A DNA stretch of 64,000 bases. It comes from Thunnus thynnus. Taxonomy: Eukaryota. Every line of letters starts with the position of its first letter. Position 1 is the stretch's first letter. The stretch is from NCBI RefSeq assembly GCF_963924715.1, contig NC_089527.1, positions 28,186,551-28,250,550 of the forward strand, written 5' to 3'. The position numbers and the translations under genes were made by a program. Below, piece by piece: positions 37,555 through 49,300 of this stretch. Under the pieces are notes generated by a model, which saw only the letters and a program-made list of their open reading frames with translations, made no database searches and had not been told where the DNA came from.

Positions 37555-38720
37555 CAGAAAACTTTCTAGGTGATTTCTTTTTACTCTGAGTTAGTTTTAC
37601 AAGGAAAACTCACCTTTTCAACCTGAGCATCGAGTTTCAGTCCTGCTGTTTCCTCAGACCGAGGTAGAAGCTGAGGTCTTTTTTTTTTTTTCGAACTGAT
37701 CTTTGAGCCGTGTTGTGTTTTCATTCTCCATGGATGAAGTTAGAGTTTAAACGAGGCATGTTAATGTGAAAACCTGTCCTCACACTGTGGCACAGAGAGG
37801 TGGCAGGGCAAGAAATGTTGTGCTTGGTTCATTATTCACAAAAACATGAAGTATCAAGGAATTTAAGGTGTGTACAAGTGTACAAGGTGCAAAATTTGAA
37901 AAATATTTGTTTTCATACATTTTTATCTTAATGTATGTCATGGTGATTATGGTGGAATATTAGACTAAACAGAACAGCTGACTACAAATGTATGGGGAAA
38001 AAAAAGCATTTAATCTTTTATATCAATAAAATAATCAATGAAGAAAACTCATATGTCTCATTTGTCTTGTATGAATATATTTATTTTACTTAGCCAAGAA
38101 GAAACTTGCACACAACATGCAATCTGAGGTAAAAAAAACTTTCTAGGTGATTTCTTTTTACTCTGAGTTAGTTTTACAAGGAAAACTCACCTTTTCAACC
38201 TGAGCATCAAGTTTCAGTCCTGCTGTTTCCTCAGACTGAGGTAGAAGCTGAGGTCTTCTTTTTTTTGAACTGATCTTTGAGCAGCGTTGTGTTTTCATTC
38301 TCCATGGATGAAGTTAGAGTTTTAACGAGGCATGTTAATGTGAAAACCTGTCCTCACACTGTAGCACAGAGAGGTGGCAGGGCAAGAAATGTTGTGCTCG
38401 GTTCATTATTCACAAAAACATGAAGTATCAAGGAATTTAAGGTGTGTACAAGTGTACAAGGTGCAAAATTTGAAAAATATTTGTTTTCATACATTTTTAT
38501 CTTATTGTATGTCATGGTGATTATGGTGGAATATTAGACTAAACAGAACAGCTGACTACAAATGTATGGAAAAAAAGCATTTAATCTTTTATATCAATAA
38601 AATAATCAATGAAGAAAACTCATATGTCTCATTTGTCTTGTATGAATATATTTATTTTACTTAGCCAAGAAGAAACTTGCACACAACATGCAATCTGAGG
38701 TAAAAAAAAAAAAAAAAAGG
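37555..38720. repeat. Tandem duplication, ~585-bp unit x 2, in the GRHPR A-B intergenic region
   Basis: 37558-38140 and 38145-38720 are near-identical ('aactttctaggtgatttctttttactctgagttagttttacaaggaaaactcaccttttcaacctgagcatc(g/a)agtttcagtcctgctgtttcctcagac...'). Each copy ends with a poly-A run. On the minus strand each unit contains '...caggttgaaaag|gtgagttttcc', a consensus splice-donor-like site. Confidence 0.85.
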
Positions 38721-39107
38721 AAGCTGTTATACATATATTGTAGTAAGCCAGAAAAGAGCACAAGATTAGGGGGAAATGTACTCATAATGTTTTGGTTATG
38801 ATAATGTCTGAACATAATCTTTATACTCACATACACCAGTTGGAGTCAGTTTTCTTTCCTATCCTAACACATTCCAGTCAGAACCAGTTTTGTACATCCT
38901 TGCCTTGCGACATTGTTCATTGGAACAGTACTAAAGGTTACAAAGTCCCTTCAAGTTATACAGCAGATGAGCAGCAATTTTCTCATGTACCTTTTGGCAA
39001 ATTCTGGCACAATAATTAGCCAGCATTTCACGGCAACAATTTATGACTCTACAATCGCCTAATTTGACACATGACAAAAATACCATGTAGTCTGAATCTG
39101 GCATTAG

Positions 39108-39264
39108 TCACTCAAATTTGACTTCATTTGGAATAGGTAAACCATTCACTGCAGCCAGGGCATTTTCAACCATCTTCTGTACAATCCCTCTTACTGTAGC
39201 ACAAGTATTCATGCCAACGTGGGGGGTGATTAGCACGTTAGGCAGGCCAAGGAGAGGATGATCC
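39108..39264 (-). CDS. grhpr: GRHPR-like gene copy B, exon 5 (last; includes stop)
   Basis: Acceptor 'cttgtgcag|GGATCATCC'. Encodes 'R DHPLLGLPNVLITPHVGMNTCATVRGIVQKMVENALAAVNGLPIPNEVKFE*'. TGA at 39108-39110. Confidence 0.85.
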
Positions 39265-39596
39265 CTGCACAAGATGAAACAGAGGAGTTGTAAGGAGTGG
39301 TCAAGGAGCTGGTTGAGTGTTTGGTAAATGTTCATTCTACGTAGTACGTAAATATATCACATTTTAAATTAATGAACTATACTGATTGTATTTTTTTTTT
39401 GTTTGTTTTTTATTTTGTAATTTCCTGTTCAGATCTTTCCACTGTCCTTGTAAGATGATAATGTCCCTGAATGCCTCACGTGTCTGTACACACTGTGTTC
39501 TTATGCAGACTGAAGAAGTGTCAAGGCCATGTTTAATACAATTTAAGTAACATTCGTTGCACTTTGTTGTACAATAAAGTGATTCAAAGATGAGAC

Positions 39597-39693
39597 CTCG
39601 GTAAAGGTTCAGGGTGAGTCACATCTAAAGCTGCTGCACGAATCATTCCAGACTGGAGAGCTTTGACTAAGGCATCCTGGTCCACCAATAGAC
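39597..39693 (-). CDS. grhpr: GRHPR-like gene copy B, exon 4 (97 bp)
   Basis: Acceptor 'tctcag|GTCTATTGG', donor 'CCGAG|gtctcat'. Encodes 'G LLVDQDALVKALQSGMIRAAALDVTHPEPLP R'. Confidence 0.75.
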
Positions 39694-39799
39694 CTGAGAT
39701 ATGTAAAGAGCAAAATATGGCTAAATATGAGAGTTTCAGATTCTAGCAATTATCTAATCAAAATGAATCAGTACAGTCTAGCAAACACATTGTTCCCAC

Positions 39800-39978
39800 C
39801 TCTGCTGATGTTGACCAGTGTTGCCGTGGGTTTCATTAGGGACAGTTCTCTGTGGCCGATGAGACCTGTCGTGTTGGGAGTCAGATTGACAGCTAGCATG
39901 ACAAAGTCCGCCCTTCTCAGCAGGTCACCCAGGCTCTCGCAGAAAGTCGCCTCGACTGCTTGTTCATCTTCAATACTT
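39800..39978 (-). CDS. grhpr: GRHPR-like gene copy B, exon 3 (179 bp)
   Basis: Acceptor 'tactgttcag|AAGTATTGAAG', donor 'AGCAGAG|gtgggaa'. Encodes 'SIEDEQAVEATFCESLGDLLRRADFVMLAVNLTPNTTGLIGHRELSLMKPTATLVNISR(G)'. Confidence 0.85.
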
Positions 39979-40202
39979 CTGAACAGTAACCAAGCGAACA
40001 AGAGTAGAAACATTGTCTCACTGAGTTATTGTTTTCAGATTTTTGTTTGTAATTTACAGTACACACACTGCAGGTCTTTTATGGTCCATTATTGAAAGTC
40101 AAGTATAACAGATTGTTTCAGAAATTACTTTTTTTTTTGGTCTGCACATTTCTATGAATTGATTTGTCAAAATGTAGTGATGATGTCATCAAACACGTTT
40201 AC

Positions 40203-40374
40203 CTTCTATTCCTGTTGTGATACAGGATCTTCATGTCAAATCCTCTGCTTCTTTTAGCTATTTTGTATCCAATCTGACCCATTCCAATGATCCCCAAAGT
40301 GGATCCTGTGACATCAACTCCCATCAAGTTTTGTGCTAAATAGGTAGTTTTTGCATCCACAGCTATTTGGTGAC
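40203..40374 (-). CDS. grhpr: GRHPR-like gene copy B, exon 2 (172 bp)
   Basis: Acceptor 'cttcatag|GTCACCAAATAG', donor 'AATAGAAG|gtaaacg'. Encodes '(G)[56 protein letters not shown](R)'. Confidence 0.85.
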
Positions 40375-41309
40375 CTATGAAGAAAAGGACCAAATCAGTC
40401 ACTGTTTTTATAAAAGCCTGTACTGCTGCTGCAGGGCTCTGAAAGGCTAACTCTGTATTCACTGCTAACCTCAGCTGTGTACTGTATATGGAGGCTGTAG
40501 TGTGCCACCAGAATAATTAAACATGTATATAGTTGTTTCCTCTAGTACAATTATCAGGTCAAAATTTTAATTTGTCCAGTACTTTAGTGCAAAACTAATA
40601 ACATTCACATCAGCCTCAGCTGTACTTTGTGTTTAGTATTAATAAGCAAAATGCTAATGTAAGATGGTGAGCAAGAAAACACAGAAAAAAAGACATTTGG
40701 ATGTCTTTCCTTGACCAGCTGGTGGAAATCTTCATCTATTTAAATAATTTATTTACTTGAGGACAGCATTATAAAATGTATTAATTTCTTTTTTTTTTCT
40801 TAAAACTGTGTAGCCTAAATGTTGTTTTCATCTTAAGGCTAGTCTGTTATGCCTTTTCGCTTGATGTTTTTGATGTTTTCTTGATTGTTTTTGAAAATTT
40901 TGAAATTACAGCATGCCTAAATCCTGACAAAGACTCTTAGTCTGGTGCAGTGTTTGATGATCAAATATAATTGGATTGTGAAATTATTTTTGAAAAGTCT
41001 TTTAAATTTGTAGGTAAATTTGTGGTATTACATTACTAATGGGTGTTCCATTATTGAATTAAAGAATTGTTGTAACCTGTCCATCATTTAAAGAAGTAGT
41101 TCAACATTTTTAACTGACTGATGGCACATTAAGGAGTCTACCTCAAAACCTGAATCTGACTACCTCTTGTTAAACCTTATGTCAGTTTTATAATTAAAAA
41201 ATGATTTACTCTCACAATTACTCCCAAGAAAAATGTGCACCAGGTTTTGGTTTTGGAATCGTTCCACAATGTCCATGCAATTCGGGGCTCAATTAACCTT
41301 TCACTTTAC

Positions 41310-41688
41310 CCTCAACAATCCTCCGTGCTGATGCCAAAAGCAGACCCATTGCAATATCTGCAGTGGCATCACTGACCACACCAGGTGTGTTGGTCACCTT
41401 CACCCCTCGACTGGTGATGAAAGGCACATCCAGGTGATCGATGCCTGCTCCTCCGTTGGCTACGACTTTCAGCAAGGGAAGCAAATTAAGCAGCAAATGC
41501 TCAGCTGCAGGGCAGCAGCTCCACACGAACATGGCTTGGATTTTAGGGCCGTGCAGTAGGGGGTTCTGTAGGAACTCTCTGCTGGTGATTATTTGGAAGT
41601 GTGGTTCCATTATGTCAGCTAACTTTTCAAGAAAAGCTTGCTTCACGCCCTCCTCTGAGAGCAAGGCCCAGGGTTTGTCCTTTTCCAT
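41310..41688 (-). CDS. grhpr: GRHPR-like gene copy B, exon 1 (ATG at 41686-41688; 379 bp)
   Basis: 'MEKDKPWALLSEEGVKQAFLEKLADIMEPHFQIITSREFLQNPLLHGPKIQAMFVWSCCPAAEHLLLNLLPLLKVVANGGAGIDHLDVPFITSRGVKVTNTPGVVSDATADIAMGLLLASARRIVEG', with donor 'GAGG|gtaaagtg'. The start is chosen at the second Met of ORF 41293..41736 by alignment with copy A. About 70% amino-acid identity to copy A over this exon. Confidence 0.8.
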
Positions 41689-44125
41689 CACCTGGAGGGA
41701 TGAAATACAAAGATAAACACAGTAGAACTCAAACAATTTGGTTCATCTCATATCACTGGCAGCTTTCAGTATGTCTCCTTGCTTCTTAGTTCCTCCTGGC
41801 TAACTGTAGTTAGCCAGCCCCCCAGTAGCCAGTGCGAGCCAAACCAGCATAGCCCCTACACTCCCACTGGTAGTTCCCGAGCAGCCAGGAAGCCAGGGTG
41901 GCTGGGTGTCTGTCCAAAGGAAGCATAGCCCTAAGCAGAAGCCCACGGTCCACCACCAACCAGTTTTTGTTTCTAATAAGTAATAAGCAGTAAGGTTCTC
42001 CCTACTCAGCAGCACATCCGCTGAGAAACCAACTCTGATTATTGGTAGCTCCATCGTGAGAAACGTGAAGTTAGTAACACCAGCAACCATAGTCAAATGT
42101 ATTCTTTGGGCCAGAGTGGGCAATATAGCATCCTATTTAAAACTGCTGGCTAAGGATAAGCCTAAATATGGTAAAATTATTATTAACATTGGTGGTAACA
42201 GCTCTCAATTACACCAGTTGGAGGTCACTAAAATTAATGTTGTGTACATATGTTGTGTACATATGCAAAGACAATGTCGGACTCAGTAGTTCTCGGGGCC
42301 CCTGCCAAATCTGACCAGTGATGACATGTATAGCCGCATGTCATCAGTCAATCACTGGCTGTCATAGATAATTGGTGGACTTTCTGGGGAAGACCTGGTC
42401 TGATTAGGAGAGACGGCATACATCCCACTTTGGATGGAGCAGCTGTCATATCTAGAAATATGGCTGAGTTTATTAGAAGACCAAAATCATGACAACCCAG
42501 AGTTGAGACCAGGAGGCAGAGCTGCAGTCCTAGATGCTTCTCTGTGCTTCCATTAGAGCAGTTACCCAACCAAAAACCACATAGAAGGTTAAATCAATTA
42601 AATCTAAAGTAAACAGAAGAGGAATTATACATAAAAATCTGATAAAATTAACACCATAATTGCAATAGTATGTAGGAGAATTAAAAATGTATTCTTAAAC
42701 ATTGGATCTCTCTCATCTATAGCTGTATTAGTAAATGATCTAATATCAGATTATCATATTGATTTATTTAGTCTTACTGAAATCTGGCTGTGTGATGAAG
42801 AATATGTTAGCCTAAATGAATTCACTCCCCCCAGTCATATTAAAACTCACATTCATCAAGACACTGTCCAAGGAGGTGGAGTTGCAACTATTTTCAACTC
42901 AACCCTAATGATTAACCCTAGACCCAAATTTAATCATAACTCATTGGAAAGTCTTGTTCTTAGTCTCTCTCATCCAACCTGGAAAAGTTTCCAGCCAATT
43001 CTATTTGTTATTGTGTACCTGTACTTGTAATTTTATCTGAATTCTCACTTTTTATCAAACTTAGTCCTTAGTACAGATAAAGTAATTATAGTGGGTGACT
43101 TTGATATTAAAGTGGACGTTGATAATAATAGTCTTAGTACTGCATTTATTTCATTATTAGACTCAACTAGCTTCTCTCAGAGTGTAATTAAACCCACTCA
43201 CTGTTTCAACCACACCCTCAACCTTGCTCTGACATATGGCATCGAAATTGATCATTTAATAGTCTTTCCACAAAATCCTATTTTATCAGATCATTACTTA
43301 ATAACTTTTGAAATCCTATTACTGGACTACATACCATTAGTCAAAAATGTCTTCACTAGATAGCTAGATTTAGTTAAATTTAAGGAAGCAATTCCATCAG
43401 CAATGAATTCAGTGCCATGTCTCAATACAACAGTAGTACAACAACTTAGTCCCTCCAAACTTGATCATCTAGTTGATAGTCCCGCGGGGCCACTGTGAAT
43501 AACACTCTACTCCATCACTTCTTTAAAAAAGAAGATAATAAAACACAAGACGCTAGCTCCATGGTATAATAATATGGCAAATTAAAGCAAACATTACGAA
43601 AACTTTAAAGCAGATGGCATTCCATTCATTCCACTGGAAGACTGGAAGAATCTTGCTTAGTCTGGCAAGATAGTCTTAAAACATACAGGAAGAACCTCTG
43701 TAATGCCAGATCACTCATCATTAATAGAGGAGACAGCCCTAGGTTCCTTTTCAGCACTTTGGCCAGGCTGACAATGAGTCATAACTCTATTGATCTAGGT
43801 ATTCCTATAGCTCTTACTAGTAATGACTTTATGAGCTTCTTTAATGATAAAAATTTTAACTATTAGAGACAAAATTCATCACCTCCTGCCCTAAACAGAC
43901 ATCGATTTGTCCCCAAACACAGGAACCTTAGAAACAGCTGTAAAACCTGATATATATTTAGGCTGTTTTTCTCCACTTGACCTTCTTGAACTAACTTTAA
44001 CAATTTCTTCATCTAAACCATCAACCTGTCTCTTAGACACCATCCCAGCTAGGCTGCTTAAGGAAGTCTTACCCTGAATTAGCACTTCTTTACTAGATAT
44101 GATCAATCTGTCTTTAGTAACAGGC

Positions 44126-45664
44126 TACAGCACTGCTTGAAAGTTTGTGAACCCTTTAGAATTTGCTCTATTTCTGCATAAATATGACCTAAAATGTGAT
44201 CAAATTTCCATGCAAGTCCTAAAAATAGATAAAGAGACATCAGTTAAACAAATGAGACAAAAACCTTACACTTGTTTGTTTATTTATTGAAGAAAATGAT
44301 CCAATGTTACATATTTGTGCGTGGCAAAAGTATGTGAACCTCTAGGATTATCAGTTTATTTGAAGGGGAAATTAGAGTCGGGTGTTTCAGTCAATGAGAT
44401 GACAATCAAGTGTGAGTCTGGGAGGCCCTGCCTTATTTAAAGAAGAGAAATCTGGGTCTTCACTATCAAAGTCTTAGCTTCACAACACAGGTTTGTGGAA
44501 ATGTGTCTTGGCTCAAACAAAGGATATTTCTGAGGACCTTAGAAGAAGAGTTGAAGATGCTCACCAAGCTGGAAAGGGTTACAAAACCATTTCTAAAGAG
44601 TTTGGACTCCATCAGTCGAATATCAGGCAGATTGTGGACAAATTGAGGACGTCCAACACCATTGTTACCTTCCCCGGGAGTGGTCAACCAACAAAAATCA
44701 CACCATGAGCAGAATTGTAATTCTCCGGGTGGCCACAAGGGACCCCAGGGTAATGTCTAGGAAACTAAAGTCCTCTCATGCAGTGGCTACAGTCAGTATT
44801 CATGAGTCCACCATCAGGAGGATATTGAACATCAATGGTGTGCATGGCAGAGTTGCAAGGAAAAAAGCCACTTCTCTCCAAAAAGAACATTGCCTTTTGG
44901 CTTGAATGAGAAGCATTATGTTTGGCAATGAACAAACACTGCATTCCAGCATTAGAACCTCATCCCATCTGTGAAACATGGTGGTGGTAGTATCATGGTT
45001 TGGGCCTGCTTTGCTACCTCTGGACCAGGACAACTTCCAATCATTGAAGGAGCTATCAGTTCTGAGGTATACCAGCACATTCTATAGGAAAATGTCAAGG
45101 TATCTGTCTGTGAACTGAAACTCAACAGAAAGTAGGTCATGCAATAAGACAATGACCCTAAACACACAAGTTGTTCTACCAAAAAATGGTTAGAGCAGAA
45201 GAAGGATAATGTTTTGGAATGGCCGAGTCAAAGTCCTGACCTTAATCCTATAGAAATGCTGTGTAAGGACCTGAAGCAGGCAGTTCATGCAAAGAAGCCC
45301 AATATCTCACCAACAGTTGAGACTGTTCTGTAAGGAGGATTGGCTAAAATTCCACCAAGCTGATATGCAGGGCTGATAAACAGTGACCAGAAACGTTGGG
45401 TTGAAGTTATTGCTGCAAAAGGGGGTCACACCAGTTACTGAAAGCAAGGGTTCACATACTTTTGCCTCCCACAAATATGTGAGATTGGATAATTTTCCTC
45501 AATAAATAAATGAAAAAGTTTATTTTTTTGTCTCATTTGTTTAATTGGGTTCACTTAATCTAGTTTTAGGACTTGTAAATATCTGATCACGTGTTAGGTC
45601 ATATTTATATTGAAATATAGAAAATTCTAAAGGGTTCACAAACTTTCAAGAAGCACTATATGTA
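44126..45664 (+). mobile_element. Tc1-like DNA transposon, copy 2 (~1.54 kb, near full-length), nested inside the L2 LINE
   Basis: Termini 'tacagcactgcttgaaagtttgtgaaccctttagaatttgctctatttctgcataaatatgacc...' and inverted 'ggtcatatttatattgaaatatagaaaattctaaagggttcacaaactttcaagaagcact'. ~220-bp inverted repeats. Same family as copy 1 (4295-5431). LINE reading frames resume immediately on both sides. Confidence 0.9.
44493..45450 (+). pseudogene. Tc1-like transposase, disrupted by frameshifts and stops
   Basis: 'AQTKDISEDLRRRVEDAHQAGKGYKTISKEFGLHQSNIRQIVDKLRTSNTIVTFPGSGQPTKI' (HTH). 'RVATRDPRVMSRKLKSSHAVATVSIHESTIRRILNINGVHGRVARKK'. DDE region '...HGGGSIMVWACFATSGPGQLPIIEGAISSEVYQHIL..NV...DNDPKHTS...WPSQSPDLNPIEMLCKDLKQAVHAKKP' spread over three frames. 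Confidence 0.85.
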
Positions 45665-48539
45665 CCACAGTCCTTTAAAGTAGCAGTAATTAAACCCCTT
45701 CCCAACAAGTCTATTCTTGATCCAGGTGTTTTAGCCAACTATAGACCTATATCTAACGTTCCTTTTCTCTGTAAGGTCCTTGAGAAAGCAGTCGCCAATC
45801 AGTTGTGTGACTTTCTACATAACAATAGTTTATTCAAGGATTTTCAGTCAGAATTTAGAGCGCTTCATAGCACAGAGACAGCACTGGTGAAAGTTACTAA
45901 TGATCTCCTAACTGCATTGGATAAACAACTTCTCTCTGTACTTGTCTTGCTAGATCTTAGTGATGCATTTTGCACCATTGACCATCACATCCTATTACAG
46001 AGACTTGAACATTTAATTGGCATTAAAGGAACTGGACTAAGCTAGTTTAAGTCCTATTTATCAATTCGATTTCAGTTCATATACATTAACAATGCATGCC
46101 TTAAGGACATAACTGACGCATAACTGAATTGAACTGAAGCATGCCTGGATGACCTGCAATTTTCTGCTAATGAACTCAGACAAAACTGAAGTTATTGTGC
46201 TTGGCCCTAAAGACCTTAGAAACACATTATCTAATTATATAGCTACTGTAGATGGTATTACCCTGGCCTCCAGCACCACTGTAAGGAATCTGGGAGTTAT
46301 CTTTGATCAGGATATGTCCTTAAACTCCCACATAAAACAAATTTCAAGGACTGCCTTTTTTCACCTTTGTAATATTGCAAAAATCAGGCAAATCCTGCCT
46401 CAAATAGATGCAGATAAAATAGTCCATGCATTTGTTACTTCTAGGCTGGATTATCGTCATTCCTTATTATCAGGCTGCCCTAACCAGTCTCTAAAGACTC
46501 TCCAGCTGGTCCAGAATGCAGCTGCACGTGACAATAGTGTGCTCCCAGAATGCAGGCTTACTTGTGGTTCCTAGATTCTCCAAAAGTAGAATGGGAGGTC
46601 AAGGCAGATGGCTGCCCACCTAGAGCCTGGTTCTGCTTGAGGTTTCTTCCTGTTAAAGGGGAGATTTTCCTTGCTGCTGTCACCAAGTGCTTGCTCATGG
46701 GAGAATGCTAGGTCTCCCCAACATTCAATTAAAGAGTGCCTTGAGATAACTTCTGTTGTGATTTGGCGCTATATAAATAAAACTGACTTGACTTGACAGA
46801 AAAAATGCTCTAGTGTATTTAGTGGATTAGGATGACTGCAAGGGCAGATTTCATTTGTCTGTGAAATTTCTAACCAAGCCCTTTGTAATGTAGTGACAAA
46901 GTGATCTAAGACTTGAGTCACACATGCAAGAACTTCAAATGAACTATCACATCCATCTAACCTCCTCCCTACAAGATTTTGTTGTGCTAGTAACATCACA
47001 CTCTTTGCACCTTTTGTTCCTGAAGGGTCATAATTTACACAGCCATGAGGTCCATATTACTTAAACGTAAACAGAGTTTGTTGTAGGTATTTGAACAAAT
47101 TAAACTTTGTTTAATAATTAAAACTTTATTGTTTCTCTAATGAGGACGGTCTCATATTAAAGCACTCACAGCTATAAGTTGGCCTTTAGCTTACTGTAGA
47201 TTCTCTTTAGTGGATTTGCTTACATTTTTCACAAACATAATGAGAAGTCACTGATGGAAAAAAAAGGATGTAAAAGCAGAATGGTTTGAAACAGAACCGA
47301 GGTTGTAAAGAAGTAGACATTGCAATAAAGAATATAGCAGTGGAAAATCTCCCCATTTGGAGGATTGCTGAAATGTGACAGATTTGAAATAGACTGATCT
47401 GAAAAACCAGACAATAAAATAAATAAGATTAGGTAAAAGTGGACAGAAAATATCCAAACCAAGAGAGCATCTGAGCAAACAAACTACCAACTGTCAACCA
47501 AGTATGGAGCTGAACACAAGTCAGAAGCACTGTACTTTTTCAGCTTTACTTTTAGAGTTGACCTATAAATTGAGTTTACTGAGTTGAGGTTTTTTTTTTT
47601 TGTTTTTTTTTTTTAAGGCAGCAGGAGAACTTGTGTTTCAAAGTTGAACCAGACTGAAATGTTGTACAGTGTACTTTTCATGAGGCTGGAAGAACACTAT
47701 CAAAGTGCTTTTCTCCATCTTTATTCTACCTCACTTTGCTTTAGGGGTAAAATCCCACTGGAAACTGCAGGGTTTAGTCATTCTTTATTCAATTCACCTC
47801 ATACCTTTGTAAAAGAATTAAAAGGAATCAAATGGAGGAATTCCTCTATTGTGAGATGTGTAGGTAATATTTACTGTAAAGGCAATCAAAGTTAACAGGC
47901 ATAACAGTGTCTATGTAAAGACCCTAGGGATCTACTGCTCTGAAACCTTTTTGTAACACTTTGATCATGCTGGAAGAAGAAAAACTGATTGTATTTAGTC
48001 TGGGATGCCTCATACTTCAGTTTGAAGAGACAATAAACCCAGAGTTTGAAAAAATCTCATTTATATGCATCATCTTGTACAACATTTATTGTACAAAACT
48101 TTGGATTGACAATGTCTTATAATGTCTGAGCATGACAAATGTAACTGATGAATCACAACTCAAATACATAAATAAAACAATAGAACAGTTTATTATTTTA
48201 TTTAGATGAACTGTGGAAATATTTTCTTTTTCTTTTTCTTTAATTTCCAAAGAGTTGGATGGGCTATATTATTCAGTTGGTTCAGACTGAAATATCTCAG
48301 CAACTGTTGGATGGATTACCACACTTTTTTTCACAGACATTCATGGTGCCCAGGGGATAAATGGAAAAGGCTTTTTTTTCCTCTAGTGCCACCAGTGAAG
48401 TGACATTTTCAGTTTAAAGTTAAAAGTCACCTAATCTGTTGGAATGAAATGGCCATGAAATTTGGTAAAGACATTCATGTCCCCGTCAGGATGAATTGTA
48501 AGAATTTCGATGATCCCTGACTTCCCATGTAATGCCACT

Positions 48540-49300
48540 ATCAAAGTTTTAATTTATCTAATATTAATGGTGTCCCATCAGACTCAGCTGCACTCAGTGT
48601 TTTGTGCTAATTATCAAATGTTAGCATGCTAGCATTCTAGTTCCTGGGGATCATGTATCAGCATGCTAGCATTAGTGGATATCTTCTAGCATTATTATTG
48701 TGAGTTTGTTAGCATCATAGATGTATAAAGACAACTGAATACAGTGTTGGAGGTGGGGCCCTGTTCATTTCTATGAAAGTTGCTCAGTGGCGCATGAAGC
48801 CAAAAAAGTCACTTCCCACTGTAAAGACATTACCCGGGTGAAAACATACTGCACACGCTCTATGGGCCCAGTGTGCACAAAGACTATTCACACCAGAGAA
48901 TCCCGCTGGCCGGGCTGGCTAACTTCCAGTTTAGCCTCCTGGCTAACTTGAATGGGATTAAAATAATTGAATTGTGCGGCTCTTCTAGACTTTCCAAATG
49001 TTGTCGGACCGTATGGATCAAATTCTGATAGTGAAATGAGTCAATTTGCGGGGTTGTGAAAAATGTATCCTTCATGCTACAGCCTCTCGTTTTCCCAGGA
49101 TTGTGCGTGGGAAAAATGCTTTTTGGACCTGTCAGACCCAGAAGTTGTAATTCCACAGTTTGGCCACTATGTCAAATTGGCTTCAAAGCCTGGCGCCCTT
49201 CCTGGGGGCTTGTTTAGCATGCTAATGTTGGCATTAAGCTTAGTTTAAAGTACAGCCTCACAGAGCTTCTAGCATGATAGTAGACTGCCTCGTTATATAA
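48540..49300 (+). repeat. Interspersed repeat (same family as 14274-14700) preceded by 'gctagcatgctaac'-type word repeats
   Basis: 'ttagcatgctagcattctag...cagcatgctagcattagtgg...ctagcattattattg...ttagcatcatag' (48590-48720). 49100-49250 matches the rc of 14274-14345. Similar 'ttagc/gctaa' word clusters occur at about 4090-4200, 25470-25520 and 26080-26170. Confidence 0.45.

Larger units (their letters stand above)
41800..46797 (+). mobile_element. L2-like (CR1/L2 clade) LINE, near full-length but degenerate, with an ORF1 esterase-like region, APE endonuclease, partially deleted RT core, and a 3' tail ending in (TTGAC)n
   Basis: ORF1-like 'IIGSSIVRNVKLVTPATIVKCILWARVGNIASYLKLLAKDKPKYGKIIINIGGNS' (42056..42289) and '...DGIHPTLDGAAVISRNMAEFI' (around 42410-42480). 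Endonuclease 'GDFDIKVD...TLNLALTYGIEIDHLIVFP' (43091..43363). Pre-RT 'KHKTLAPWYNN...SKPSTCLLDTIPARLLKEVLP'. After the nested Tc1: 'NYRPISNVPFLCKVLEKAVANQLCDFLHNNSLFKDFQSEFRALHSTETALVKVTNDL' and the C-terminal 'RNLGVIFDQDMSLNSHIKQISRTAFFHLCNIAKIRQIL...SRLDYRHSLLSGCPNQSLKTLQLVQNAAAR'. Tail '...ggcgctatataaataaaactgacttgacttgac'. The 5' boundary is uncertain. Confidence 0.8.
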
